Assembly: GCA_026770705.1 (NCBI GenBank) | Contig: JANJGN010000002.1 | Coordinates: forward strand, 222,580,001-222,644,000 | Reading direction: 5' to 3' | Origin: Isurus oxyrinchus | Taxonomy: Eukaryota | Length of the DNA: 64,000 nucleotides | In this document: positions 12,742-25,184 of the stretch, one piece after another | Layout: every line of letters begins with the position of its first letter | How positions within the stretch are numbered: the stretch's first letter is position 1 | Made by a program: the position numbers and the translations under genes | The notes under the pieces: model-generated | What the model saw: the letters and a program-made list of their open reading frames with translations, nothing else | Databases searched by the model: none | Told to the model about the DNA's origin: nothing

Positions 12742-14205
12742 TTCGTTTTTTTTAATTCATTCATAGGATGTGGCTGGGCCAGCATTTATTGCTCATCCTT
12801 AGTTGCCCTTGAGGAAGTGGTGATGAGCTGCCTTCTTGAACCACTGCAGTCCATGTGGTGTAGGTATACCCACAATGCTGTTAGGAAGGGAGTTCCAGGA
12901 TTTTGACCCAGCGATAGTGGAGGAACAGCAATATATTTCCAAGTCAGGATGGTGAGTGATTTGGAGGGGAACTTCCAGGTGGCAGTGTTTCCATCTATCT
13001 GCTGCCCTTGTCCTTCTAGATGGCAGTGGTTGTGGGTTTGGAAGGTTCTGTCAAAGGAGCCTTGGTAAATTTCTGCAGTGCATCTTGTAGATGGTACACT
13101 CTGTTGCTATTGTGCATTGGTGGTGGAAGGAGTGAATGTTTGTGCATGTCAAGCAGGCTGCTTTGTCCTTGAATGGTGTCAAGCTTCTTGAGTGTTGTGG
13201 GAGCTGCACTCATCCAGGCAAGTGGGGAATATTTCATCACACTCCTGACTTGTTCCTTGTAGATGATGGCCAGGCTTTGGGGAGTCAGGACATGAGTTAC
13301 ACGTCGCACGATTCCTAGCCTCTGACCTGTTCTTGTAGCCACAGTATTAATATGGCTAGTCCAGTTCAGTTTCTGGTCAATAGTAAAGCCCAGGATGTTA
13401 ATATCGGGGGATTCAGTGATGGTCATGCCATTGAACATCAAGAGGCAATGGTTGGATTCTCTCTTGTTGGAGATGGTCATTGCCTGACACTTGTGTGGCG
13501 CAAATGTTACATGCCACTTTTCAGCCCAAGCCTGTATTTTGTCCAGGTCTTGCTGCATTGGACATGGGCTGCTTCAGTATCTGAGGAGTTGCAAACGGTG
13601 CTGAACATTGTGCAATCATCAGTGAACATTCCCACTTCTGACCTTATGATGGAAGGAAGGTCATTGATGAAGCAGCTGAAAATGGTTGGACCTAGGACAC
13701 TACCTTGAGGAATTCCTGCAATGATCCTGGAACTGAGATGACTGACCTCCAACAACCACAACCATCTTCCTTTGGTGCTAGGTATGACTCCAACCAGTGG
13801 AGAGTGTTCCTCCTGATTCCCATTGATTCCAGTTTTGCTAGGGCTCTTTGATGCCACATCCAGTCAAATGCAGCTTTAACATCAAGGGCCATCGCTCTCA
13901 CCTCACCTCGGGAGTTCAGCTCTTTTGTCCATGTTTGAACCAAGGCTGTAATGAGTTCAGGAGCTGAGTGGCCCTGGCGGAACCCAAACGGGGCATCTGT
14001 ATGGAGGTTATTGCTAAGCAAGTGATGCTTGATGTCACCATTGATGCCCCCTTCCATTACTTTACTGATGACCAAGAGTAGGCTGATGGGGCAGTAATTG
14101 GTCGTGTTGAATTTGTCCTGCTTTGTGTGTACAGGACTTACCCCAGCAATTTTTCACATAGCCAGGTAGACAGTTTTGTAGCTGTACTGGAGCAGCTTGG
14201 CTAGG
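12742..14205 (-). mobile_element. 5'-truncated non-LTR retrotransposon of a second clade (CR1/L2 supergroup, Crack/Zenon-like) nested in the CR1
   Basis: RT motifs FGFRQGHSAPELI, ALDVKAAFD, GIPQGSVLGPTIFSCFINDL, MFTDD, QQDLDKIQAWAEKW. A-rich 3' end at ~12745. Clade label is tentative. Confidence 0.85.
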
Positions 14206-15049
14206 GGTGTGGGCAAGAACAAAGCAGATGGAATATAACGTGGAAAAACGTGAGGTTATCCACTTTGGTAGAAGGAACAGATGTGCAGAGTATTTCCTAA
14301 ATGATAAGAGATTAGAAAGTGTAGATGTACAAAGGGACCTGGGTGTCCTTGTCCATAAGTCACTGAAGGCTAACATGCAGTTGCAGCAACCAATAGGAAG
14401 GCTAATGGAATATTAGCCTTCATTGCAAAAGGATTTAAGTACAGGAGTATTGAAGTCTTGCTTCAATTGTATAGAAGCTTGGTTAGACCGCACCTGGAGT
14501 ACAGTGTGCAGTTTTGGTCCCCTTACCTCAGAAAAGATATTATTGCCATTGAGGGAGTGTAATGAATATTCACCAGACTTGCTCTGGGGATGGCAGGACT
14601 GGTTGCCAAGATTGGGCCAACAGGGCCTGTATTCTCTTGAGGTACAAAGAATGAGAGGTGATCTCATTGAAACCTGCAAAATACTTAAAGGAATAGACAG
14701 GGTAGATGCAGGTAAGATGTTTCCCCTGCTTGGGGAGTCTAGAACCAGGGAACACATTTTCAAAATAAGGGGAAGCCACTTAGGACTGAGATGAGAAGAA
14801 ATTTCTTTACTCAGAGGGTTGTGAATCTTTGGAATTCTTTACCCCAGAGGGCCGTGGAAGCTCAGCCATTGAGTATGTTTAAGGTGAAGATTGATAGATT
14901 TCTGATTAACAATAACGTAAAGGGTTATGGGGATAGTATGGGTAAAAAGCATTGAAGTGTTCGATCAGACATGATTGTATTGAACGGTGGAGCAGGCTCA
15001 ATGGGTTGAATGGCCTTCTCCTGTTCCTAAGTTCCAATGTTCCAATGTT

Positions 15050-15288
15050 CAGTTACACTTTTGCTCTGACATTGCAGGAAATTAAGCATTTGATGGCAAA
15101 GCTTCTCTGGTGGGTAAACTCTTCTGCAGATAAGTGGCTGGTTGAGTGTCTCTCTGCACCTCCTTTGTCCATGCTCCTCCAAGAGTCATGCTCCTGGTTC
15201 TTCTCTTGCTTCTTGTGGCTTCAGAGCTCTCCCTCTTTCATGCTCCTCCTCATTCGAGGTTTCGAAGCCTGACTGAATGAGGCCCCAT
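15050..15288 (-). pseudogene. N-terminal part of the Harbinger A transposase
   Basis: Minus strand ATG at ~15288, acidic stretch EEEHERG, then RVY...LNFLQMSEQKC, a typical HARBI1-like N-terminus that precedes the segment at 9485. Confidence 0.65.
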
Positions 15289-15309
15289 TGCAGCTACACG
15301 CACTCAGTT

Positions 15310-16424
15310 CTCAGGGCCTCCCCTGTTCCCCTTCACTTGCAGAGGCTCTTGGACATCTGAAAGCAGAAAGCCCAAAGAGGAAGGCTGGGGTGAGGGAAGG
15401 TGAAGTGGGGTGGAAAGCGAGAGGTCTATGGCCACATGTTCCGCAGCCTGAATTTAAAGCCAGACAGCAGGATGAAATTGAGGTGCGATTTGAGAAGGGC
15501 CATAATAGAGGAAAATATCTTCATCCTGAATGGTCTCAGTCTACACCAGGTGCAGCTACCTCTGTTACAGCTGGCCAAAAGATGCTGAGTACAATCTTCC
15601 TCCAGCTTAAGTGATGCAGGTGTGCCTGGTTCTGCTCTGCTCTCTGCAGTTATGAGCTATCTTGTCCTGTAAGAGGGAGGGCGGATTGTCACTGATTTTG
15701 TTGTACTGTGTTCAAATGATATGGCTGCCATAGCTGAATAGCTGGCATTATGTGGAAGCATTGAGAAGTGGCCATGCAGCTGGCATCATTGGTGGGCCTT
15801 TGTAGGTGAGGAGGAGAGCATCTGAATGTTAAGACTGAGTCCTGACTGTAGGAACCACTGATGAGTGAGTGATGGGGATGTGGTACATTGAGCAGCTTGA
15901 AGGAATGGCAGCCTGGTGAGTAGGAGAGCGGTGAGTTGCATTCACTGACCTTGACTACCTGCATAAAGTCAATAGACTTTTTCTTGCACTGCTACCAGGT
16001 CCTTGGGAGAATCTCTGGGAATTGGCATCCCTGTCCACCTGCTAGCATCCCCTTCTGAGGGTGCTCCTTGAGGGCTTCCTGGCACCCATGGAAACATGGC
16101 CTGTCCACTCCTGTCAACTTCCTGGACTAAGGCTTCCAGCACTGCGCCAGAAGCAGTTGCTTCTATGTGTTGTGTTCAGTTCCTCTTTAAGGGGCTCTTT
16201 TTGAGATGCAGCTTAACTGGAACACAGGTTAGCCACGCAAGCTGCTGGGTCCCATGTTGAGCATTCAGCCAATCAGCAACAAGGGTCACACTCGAAAGAA
16301 CAATCATTTAACTAAGGAGGCAGTGTGAAGTGTGTGTGTTGCCTGCTTTAATGGGGCCAGGTATGGGCTGATCACAAATTGTGAATCTTGTACCTGAAAA
16401 CTAGGGCGAGCCGATTTTTAGCCC
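15310..16424 (-). mobile_element. End of a second Harbinger (B) carrying Myb/SANT exons 1-3
   Basis: Terminus gggctaaaaatcgg (16424 on -). Exon 1 AVLEALVQEVDR..AMFP...PRTW*QCKKKSIDFMQVVK|gtcagt; exon 2 tcttacag|..DKIAHNCREQSRT; further acceptor ctttctgctttcag at ~15357. Confidence 0.7.
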
Positions 16425-16639
16425 AAAAAACATTTATGAAGCAAACCCTGTGAAGATCTCCTCCATTGACTATTGTGTCGTAATTTTGAAAAATGAACTC
16501 ATTCAGGTGATTTCAGACAGAAGTATTCTCTCGGAATAAATTGGAGTCAGTGCATACATATGATTGTAGCATAAGGAACGTTTACTAAATAATAATAAGT
16601 TAACAAAAAATAAAATGTCTATTTTAAAATTCTCACTTG

Positions 16640-16985
16640 TTTTCGAATAGTGTCACCCCTCCCTACTTCTGTAGCCTTCTCCAGCCCTACAATTCTTTAA
16701 GATCTTTTCACTCCTCCACTTCTGGCATCTTGCCCATCCCTGATTTTAATCAGTCCACCATTGGTGGCCATGACTTATTTAGCTGTCTAGCTTCCAAATT
16801 CTGAAATTCCCTCCTTAAATTTCCCTGCTGCTTGACCTCTCCCTCCTACTTTAAGATGGTCTTTAAAACCTACATCCCTGACAAAGGCTTCGATGGCCCA
16901 TCCTAGTGTCCCTTTGTAGCGCAATGTTTAATTTTATTTGATAATGCTCCTGATGAAGTGCCTTCGGACATTTGACTGTTAAATA
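16640..16985 (+). mobile_element. L2 LINE 3' fragment
   Basis: cctccctacttctgt..ctccagccctacaa..tccaccattggtggcc..ctttaaaacctac..gtgccttcggacattt; homologous to 27305-27620. Confidence 0.75.
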
Positions 16986-17645
16986 GTAAATGAAACAAAG
17001 CAGATTAACCTTTTTGCATATTGAATATCTGGAACTTGCACACTTGTTAACTTCTATGTAACTGCAAGTAATTGTTGTTGTTGAAAAGGAAGCAGGGTGA
17101 TAGGAAAAGCGAAGATGATTAGTTACAGTGCGTAATTTAACAGTTCAAAACCAGCTCCAATACTCGCACCCAGGATTCATTGACTGTTCTGGGTAAAATT
17201 GTAATATTAGGGTGTGAACGTTTAAAGTGCTTGTATCTAATTTCTCTATCACGTATTTTAATAGATTGCTGACTACTCTCCTTCTAATGGATTAATGTTG
17301 CTATTAAAATAAAGTACAATGTGCTTCATACAAAGACATTAAAGGCTTGGACACAAGCATTGCAATGTGCAATTTCACTTCACCAGTAATTAAACAGTGT
17401 GGACAAGCCCACACATGGTGTAAATAATACATGCCATGATTATTATTAATAAGAGCAATAAATGCAGTGATGTATGATTTTAATTTCACTTTTAATTCAC
17501 CACAAAATCATATGGTTAAACTTTATAAATAGCTAACAGATCTCTAAAGGTAAAAGCAAAATCTGCAGGAGATGGAAATCCAGAACAAAAATAAAAATAC
17601 CAGGAAAAACTCAGCAGGTCTGACAGCATCTGCGGAGAGGAACAC

Positions 17646-17684
17646 AGTTAACGTTTCAAGTCCGTATGACGCTTCAACAGAACT
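17646..17684 (-). ncRNA. Minimal type I hammerhead ribozyme motif (inverted pLTR)
   Basis: agtt-CTGTTGA-a-gcgtc/atacg/gactt-GAAA-cg-TT-aact. Stem I agtt/aact; palindromic ACGT mini stem III. Confidence 0.7.
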
Positions 17685-18186
17685 AAGGAAAAATAGAAGA
17701 GAGCTGAAATATAAGCTGGTTTAAGTGGGGGGGGCAGTGCGGTGTGGTGGGACAAGTAGAGCTGGATAGAGGGCCAGTGATAGATGGAGATTGCCAAAAG
17801 ATGTCATAGACAAAAGGACAAAGAGGTGTTGATGGTGGTAATATTAGCTAAGAAATGTGCAGATAGGTGACATTAAGGGTAGAAAGCAGGATGAGCAAGG
17901 TACAGATAGCCCTAGTGGGGGTGGAGTGGGGGGAAGGGATCGAAATAGGCTAAAGGTAGAGATAAAACAATGGATGGAAATACATTTCAAAATAATGGAA
18001 ATAGGTGGGAAAAGAAAAATCTATATAAATTATTGGGAAAAAAAGGGGCATTGGAAAGGGGTTGGGGATGGAGGAGAGAGTTCATGATCTAAATTTATTG
18101 AACTCAAAATTCAGTCCGGAAGGCTGTAAAGTGCCTAGATGGAAGATGAGGTGCTGTTCCTCCAGCTTGCGTTGAGCTTCACTGGA

Positions 18187-19363
18187 ATGGGTACCCCCAT
18201 GGACCCCAGCTATGCCTGTCTCTTTATGGGATATGTGGAACATTCGTTGTTCCAGTCCTATTCCAGCCCCCTCCCACAACTCTTTCTCCGGTACATTGAT
18301 GATTGCTTTGGTGCTGCTTCATGCTCTCATCTGGACCTGGAAAAATTTATTAATTTTGTTTCCAATTTCCACCCCTCCATCATTATCATATGGTCCATCT
18401 CTGATACTTCCCTTCCCTTCCTTGACCTCTCTGTCTTAATCTCTTATTGATAGACTGTCCACCAATATTCATTACAAGCCTACTGACTCCCACAGCTACC
18501 TCGACTACAGCTGCTCACACCCCGCTTCCTGTAAGGACTCCATCCCATTCTCTCAGTTCCTTCGCCTCCATCGCATCTGTTACGATGATGCCACTTTCCA
18601 AAACAATTCCTCTGACATATATTCCTTCTGCCTTAATCGAGGTTTTCCACCCACAGTGGTTGACAGGGCCCTCAAACGTGTCCAGCCCATCTCCCGCGCA
18701 TCCGCCCTCACACCTTCTTCTCCCTCCCAGAACCATGATTGGGTCCCCCTTGTCTTCAATTTTCACCCCACCAGCCTCCGCATTCAAAGGATCATCCTCC
18801 GCCATTTCCGCCAACTCCAGCATGATGCCACCACCAAACACATCTTCCCTTCAACCCCCCCGGTGGCATTCCACAGGGATCGTTCCCTTCGTGACACCCT
18901 GGTCCACTCCTCCATCACCCCATACACCTCAATCCCCTCCCACATCACCTTCCCATGCAACCGCAGAAGGTGCAACATCTGCCCCTTTACTTCCCCTCTC
19001 CTCACTGTCCAAGGGCCCAAACACTCCTTTCAAGTGAAGCAGCATTTCACTTGCACTTCCCTCAACTTAGTCTACTGCATTCGCTGCTCCCAATGCGGTT
19101 TCCTCTACATTGGAGAGACCAAACGCAGGCTGGGTGACCGCTTTGCAGAACACCTTCGGTCTGTCCGCAAGAATGACCCAAACCTCCCTGTCACTTGCCA
19201 TTTCAACACCCCACCCTGCTCTCATGCCCACATGTCTGTCCTTGGCCTGCTGCATTGTTCCAGTGAAGCTCAACGCAAACTGGAGGAACAGCACCTCATC
19301 TTCCGACTAGGCACCTTACAGCCTTCCGGTCTGAATATTGAGTTCAACAATTTTAGACCATGA
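18187..19363 (+). pseudogene. Penelope RT C-terminal half + Cys linker + GIY-YIG endonuclease (one frameshift near 18445)
   Basis: MGTPMDPSYACLFMG, FLRYIDDCF, LPFLDL, then an open frame from ~18449 to 19363 with CNRRRCNIC and LVYCIRCSQCGFLYIGETKRRLGDRFAEH...GLN. Confidence 0.93.
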
Positions 19364-19757
19364 ACTCTCTCCTCCATCCCCACCCCCTTTCCGATCCCCC
19401 TTTTTTCCAATAATTTATATAGATTTTTCTTTTGCAACCTATTTCCATTATTTTTAAATGTATTTCCATCCATTGTTTTATCTCTACCTTTTAGCCTATT
19501 TCGATCCCTTCCCCCCACCCCCACCCCCACTAGGGCTATCTGTACCTTGCTCGTCCTGCTCTCTACCCATAATGTCACCAGTTAGCACATTCCTTAGATA
19601 ATATCACCACCGTCAACACCTCTTTGTCCTTTTGTCTATGACATCTTTTGGCTATCCCTACTTAGCACTGGCCCTCTATCCAGCTCTACTTGTCCCACCC
19701 TGCCCCCACCCCCCCCCTTAAACCAGCTTATATTTCAGCTCTCCTCTATTTTTCCTT

Positions 19758-19796
19758 AGTTCTGTTGAAGAGTCATACGGACTCGAAACGTTCACT
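19758..19796 (+). ncRNA. Minimal type I hammerhead ribozyme motif (3' pLTR)
   Basis: agtt-CTGTTGA-a-gagtc/atacg/gactc-GAAA-cg-TT-cact. Perfect 5-bp stem II. Penelope pLTRs are known to carry such minimal HHRs. Confidence 0.75.
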
Positions 19797-21544
19797 GTGT
19801 TCCTCTCCGCAGATGCTGTCAGATCTCTAAAGTTGGTGGTCATTGTGAATTGGAACACGCACAATAGAAGAGGATTTTACTGTGGAACACGCAATCCTTG
19901 TGTTAAGGTAGGCCCGATTTAGTGGGAGTCCTCTCTTTTGGCACATAAAAGGGTACTTTTCCAACTTGGTGCCTGGGTGTAGCACTGGTGGATTGGTAGA
20001 CAGGCAGTATTAAAACTGCCTGATGTTCACTGAAACCAATGGAACTGAAATGCTGATTATTTTCAAGTGTGATATCCTGAGTTGTGATAGGTACACACCA
20101 GATACACACCTCTTAAAAAGAGAGCGGGGTAGATTTTAAGTGTCAGCACGTTTCTGTTGGGAAAGCCCTGGTTTCAGTTAAATGCCCATCTGCAGTGGTA
20201 CAAAGAGATCTCAATCACTAGGGTTTTCATGCTTGGAAGTGACAGGAAGCAGCTGCTGGCTTGCAGAATTCTGAGCTGTTGGATACATCCTAATACTCAG
20301 GTAGGAGTGGGGACTGGGATTCTAGGTGCTGGTGGGGGAGGAGTGTGTGGGAAGAGGTAGTCTCATGTTACATAATGGGTAAGGGGGGAGTCCAGGATAG
20401 CTCAGGTCTAAATTTTCCTCCTGGGACTGCATGAATGCAGCCACTCCTCTTGGCTAGACAAAGACAAGCAAAAAAATAACTTCGAATGGTCTCTTCTGCT
20501 TCCAATTCACTTCTTCCTGGACTTCACCTGCCAGGAAAGGTGGGCTCCTTGCCCAAGTCAGAGTCAAAATTGCAGTTTGGTCCCAACATTGGACAGCTGT
20601 CTGCATATTAAAGGATGAATCTCGTCGGCTTCAAGTGTGTGCTTTTGCTTCCTGTTCAGAGCAGTTTAAAATTGAAGACATTGAAGCAGATTGAACTTTA
20701 GCAGGTAAGTGACATGGCCAATTTTACCTGTCTCTCTTCCAGACAGGCAGGGTTTACACCAACCTCAATAAATATTCCTAGCACATTTGCTTACAAATGG
20801 CTAAAAAAATACCTCATTTTACATCAAGAGAGAACTGAAGGCCAGCTTTAGAAGTTGTCTGTGAGAAAAAGCCAGACAATGGGAGAAAGTGACTTGGCAT
20901 CAGTAGTTGTTTGTATGTATGTGCCTATGTAGATGAGCAGCTATGTTGTCGGTCAATTTTCTGGTAGTGAGTGATGTATGGTGATTACAAAAGTAGTGTA
21001 TGGAATGGATGGCCTAAATATGTGCGCACCTTGTGCTGGAGTCTTTATTATCACACCCAATTAGATAACAGGTGGCATGCATAACTGCCAATGTTGTATC
21101 ATTGCATCAGCCAAATCCATGGCATTTTGTTGCTTATTCAAGTAACAAACGAAAGGGTAAAATTTCAAGTGATCAAAGATAGTTACTGGAGAGCAACTGC
21201 AGAATCTATTAATGTCACATGGAATGGTATAGCCCTAGGAAGTTTCTTGTTTCCTAAGGAACGTGTGCTGTCTTTGTAGAATGTTTTCACACAACAAACC
21301 TTAGAGCTGTTGCTAGATTAAATGCAATAAAACACTGTCTCATTATTGCAAACTCCATCATTGCGGATATGGTTATAGTACAGCAAACATTTTCCCCTGA
21401 TCCCAGCAGGATCTCAAACTTTAGAGCAGGTAATCTCTGATTTTAAAGAACCTATATAATGTTACCATCCAATCTGTAATGTGCCTGAAAATGATTGCCC
21501 TCGACATGAAGGCAGTGTTCAACCAAATGCACTTACAAAACTAA

Positions 21545-21790
21545 GTCAGGGAGCCAATGCTCCAGAAGTGGTTTTGAAAGCTGGTGCCCAGATAGATAGG
21601 TAGCCAGTGCCCATGAAGGACCATAGGCAACTCTCTCCATTAGAGAGAGACAATTGGCTAGGCATCTTGAGGGGCACGACTCTGCATCAATCATGGAGCA
21701 AGGTAAGGAGGCAGGTCTCCCTGAGCCCATGCTTTTGGCATTATTCTTCACCACACTCTAGCCATCTAGCCAACTGAACGAACTACCTCC
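21545..21790 (-). mobile_element. Old tRNA-derived SINE (family not assigned)
   Basis: Minus-strand head agttcgttcagttggctagatggctagagtgtggtg is tRNA-like. Related heads at 33040-33120 (-) and 58575-58650 (+). Confidence 0.45.
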
Positions 21791-22457
21791 TCACGTGGTG
21801 CCAAGCAAAATGGCTGTAATTGTTGTAGGCCAATATATTTGTCCCATGGTATCGCTGCAGCTACAGGGGTTCCTAGTTGTACTAAGTCCATCCCAGCTGC
21901 TTCATCAATGACATTCCCTCCATCGGCAGAATGCACTGTAGCAACTCACCAAGACCTTTTCAGCAGGACACCATAGATTTTATACTGACAATCATACCTC
22001 CAGACACAACCAGAGATCTGCACCAAAATTATTTATTTCATATTTTACCAAGATAAAGATTAACATGTCTGGCCTCATGTTCAAACTGTAGCTGGTAGAC
22101 ATTTTAGTTATATGTCATTAAAACAAAACAAGCATTTCTTAATTCGTCATCCTGTTGATTTGATAAACGATAGAACAGTATTTCCTACAGTTATAAGTCA
22201 ACAGTTCATTTAGTAAACACTATCATTCTATATGTGAAGGGGCTGGGTGTCTCATTACTACAATGACTTATTCAGATAGGCTTCTGGGCCTTATGATCTA
22301 ATAGTGTGAGTCAAAATCAGCAGCAGTCTCAACACCTACATTATGGCCTTAGTTGATACATTTCAAATGTTGTCAGCCTAGTTGGCAGCTTTTGTTTAAC
22401 TCTGTGGAGGTCCTCCTCAACAGTGCAGTGTCGACTGCAGCCTTGTTATAGATCAGA

Positions 22458-22585
22458 GGGCGAAATTTTACAGTCCCTCCTGTCGACGTGAATTTCCTGT
22501 CCCACCGACGTCAATGGACCTTTGAATGGCTCGCCACATTTTCCAGCCCCCACCCTCACCACCACAGGGCCGTAAAATGCCACCC
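22458..22585. mobile_element. 128-bp Harbinger-type mini-MITE (family B)
   Basis: TIRs gggcgaaattttacagtccct / agggccgtaaaatgccaccc. TSD AGA. Core gtcccaccgacgtcaatgga..gaatggctcgc shared with 60676-60796. Confidence 0.8.
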
Positions 22586-23554
22586 AGAGTTTGGCCATTG
22601 AGCTGATGATCTAAATTACTTAAATGTGCCAGATGATTTTTAAAGCAAACTGAAAATTCGAGAAACGAAACAAAAAATGCTGGAAAGGCAAAGCAAGTCC
22701 TTCAGCTACCGAGTTCTACTGAGGAACACAAAGCTGTTGTTTCTCTCATTAGATGCTGACAAGACTAGCTGTCAATTTTGACAGTTGGCCTTGCACATAC
22801 TGGCTCTAAGTCAGAGCGATACACTTTAATCCCCCACCTTTCATCACCCTCTTTAATATCTTTTTCTCAACTATATCCCTTCAAATTTAATGATTAGATT
22901 AGTTTAATAGCCACTTATAAAGCATTTCATTTCCTTGTGAAAAAAACATTCATTGTAACTGCTCCTTTTCATGTCCCTGTCGCTCTATTTGCATTTAAAA
23001 ATTAGGCAGTGTTGGCAGTGAGGGGAATGGAAGTATTGCCCTACCACTGTGCTTCCGCTGGATTTTCTCGTCCTCCAGATTACAGGGCTGCCTGTAGCGA
23101 ACCCGTTTAATGTTGGCAGCTCGCTGAACTCATTTAAATTATAGTCAACCATGAAAATGACACAGTTCCTACGTCGAATCCTTCGATTAGATGTGCCACC
23201 ACCCCACCTACCCGAGATGTGCTTCACTTCATAGCCACTCCTTGTCCGTCCTTGTTACCAGTTCACCGGATGGTCGAAAGAATTTTTCGCTGTTATTAAG
23301 CTCTGCGCTATGTATGTGCTAAGACCTCTCACATCACTCGATGCAAAAACTGTCCCAGCTTCAGTAAGATATCGTCCTCAAAAACAGATTGGCTCGATGG
23401 CTGATGTTGTAATTTTGTTACATTTCTGTTTAAATCATTTTCACATTGATCATTTTTCATTTGGTCTCATTTGTCTGAAATGGTGGCTAACGGTTGTTAT
23501 ATTTAAGTTAAAAAAAAGTAAAAACTACATATAAAGCTAATCTGTCAACATCTA

Positions 23555-24105
23555 AAGAACTTGTATTTATATAGTGCCTTCTCTAGCCTCAGGATCTTCC
23601 AAAGTACTTCACAGCCTAAGAAATACTTGTGAAGAATTGTAATGCAAGGAAATATTGCAGCAAATTCATGCACAGCAAACTTCCTCAAATAGCATTGAGG
23701 TAAATGACCTGACCTGATGTGCACTTGCGACATCATGACAAACAAGGCCATGGGCCTAGTGCTGGAAAATGGAATTAGAACAGTTAGGTACTTGTTTGAC
23801 TCGATGGGCCAAAGGGCCTTTTTCTGTGCTGTAGACCTCTATGACTCCATGACAATCTGTTTTAGTGATGTAGGTTGATGATAGGTACCAGCCAGGACAC
23901 CAGTCAGACCTCTGCTGTTCACTGAATGGTGCCTTGGGATATTTTACATCCACTTGAGAGATTGGGTCCAGGTTTAATATCTCACCTAAAAGACGGCACC
24001 TCCAACGGTGCTGCACTAGACTGTCAGCCTAGGTTACATGCAAAAGTCTCTGGAGTGGAACCACAGCCTTCAGAAGAAAAGTTCTACCACTGAGTCAAAG
24101 CTGAT
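23555..24105 (-). mobile_element. DeuSINE (SacSINE1/AmnSINE1-like), with a short CR1 tail inserted at ~23750-23850
   Basis: gtgccttgggatattttacatccacttgagag..ggtttaatatctcacctaaaagacggcacctccaacggtgctgcac is the Deu-domain-like core. L2-like tail ttgtatttatatagtgcctt. Confidence 0.75.
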
Positions 24106-25184
24106 ACCTAACAGGGAAACAACAGGTTAATGTCTTAGATGGAGATTCATCCGCAGGACTCAGATGCCACAACATTTGCTTTATATTTCCAGCATTTTCT
24201 GTTTCTAAATCAGATTTTCAGCATATGCAGCTTTTAAAAAAAAAATGACACATTTAAGTATTATAGTCAATTTGGCCTTTGATCTGCAACAATTATTCTC
24301 TATTCTGATGTTCAAACAACATCCTCCTAACAAATGTTGGCACAGTGTTGTACTTTCTCTAATTGTTTTAAGGGTATCAAAAAATTATTAGGAACAATTT
24401 CCTTTTATAAACATTACAAATATAATGACTGAAATTAAGTTTCCTACTGAATACAAATTAGTGTACCATACGGCACTTTAAGACATTGAATTCATAAAAT
24501 GTTACTACTCCTGTAGGACTGGTAATTACTGTTATGTTTCCATAATGTGATTAGTGGAAATGAGATATTTTTTACAATTTTATTCCCTTGGTTGAACGAC
24601 TGAAATACAAATATTTGGGTTTTCTTTGCTTTTGTTTTGGGTGTTTTGGTTACAGGTCCAGCTGAGAATTCCAAACGCATTTTAACGGTCATGACTCTTA
24701 AGGTTATTCAAATGAAATGTTGTAATCTGCCCTGTATCTTTATTTTCAGCACTGGAGATTGCTGTTAAATACTGTGGCGCATAAAATAGCTCTTATAAAT
24801 ACAAGAGCAAGGTTTACAATGAACCTAGCCTTCCTCTTTAGGCCATGCAATGTCTGCATGGTGGCCTTTCTTTACTTCAAAGCAACATCTGTTCACTGTA
24901 GTGTTGTCATCAAAACATGCCAGCACCATAATAGTCCAATTGAGATCTGAACTGCAGTTGGCTGGATGGGTTACAAAAAAAAATCACATCTGATTGATAA
25001 TAAATGCTTAACTCTCTTAACAGCTGTCACATCTATAATACTGCATAATGTAATTTTATCTGCTGATAATTATAATTTAATTTCAATTTATTGCAGTTTA
25101 CTCCATTGCTATATAGATTTGTTCCCAGTTGTAAATCAAATTTTCATTACCACGACCTGGGAAGTGGGGCTATCTCGGACAAGC

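Larger units (their letters stand above)
9490..15049 (+). mobile_element. Near full-length decayed CR1 LINE (ORF1 SGNH-esterase end, ORF2 APE + RT, 3' microsatellite tail)
   Basis: ORF1 CLPGARVKDV / VMVHIGTSNIG; APE YDIIAI, GVVYRPPN, LGMSDHNMIEF; RT NYRPVSL, QHGF, YLDFQKAFD, QGSVLGP, FTDD; tail gttcctaa-gttccaat-gttccaat. Many stops. Confidence 0.93.
6298..15290. mobile_element. Decayed PIF/Harbinger DNA transposon A (Myb/SANT + transposase, convergent), split by a nested CR1
   Basis: Left terminus gggcggaattttccc at 6298. Myb/SANT gene on +, DDE transposase on -. The transposase N-terminus resumes at 15050-15288 after the CR1. No matching right TIR found. Confidence 0.85.
17550..19819 (+). 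mobile_element. Penelope-like retroelement (Neptune-type), 5'-truncated, with an inverted 3' segment at its 5' end
   Basis: 13-bp TSD cagatctctaaag (17537-17549 / 19820-19832). 17550-18186 is the inverted copy of the 3' end (19259-19819 plus extra tail). RT + GIY-YIG on +. Confidence 0.95.

Noticed and set aside
14512-14524. miR-133-like string tttggtcccctt
   Set aside because: Lies in CR1 coding sequence (QFWSP motif); no precursor hairpin.
6298-16424. Treating 6298 and 16424 as the paired TIRs of one element
   Set aside because: Only gggc..aa matches and the flanks differ (taa vs aaa); kept as an open question in findings, not as a feature.
18447-19037. 196-aa Pro/Ser-rich ORF and antisense ORFs over the Penelope element
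   Set aside because: Shadow frames of the C-rich Penelope ORF.
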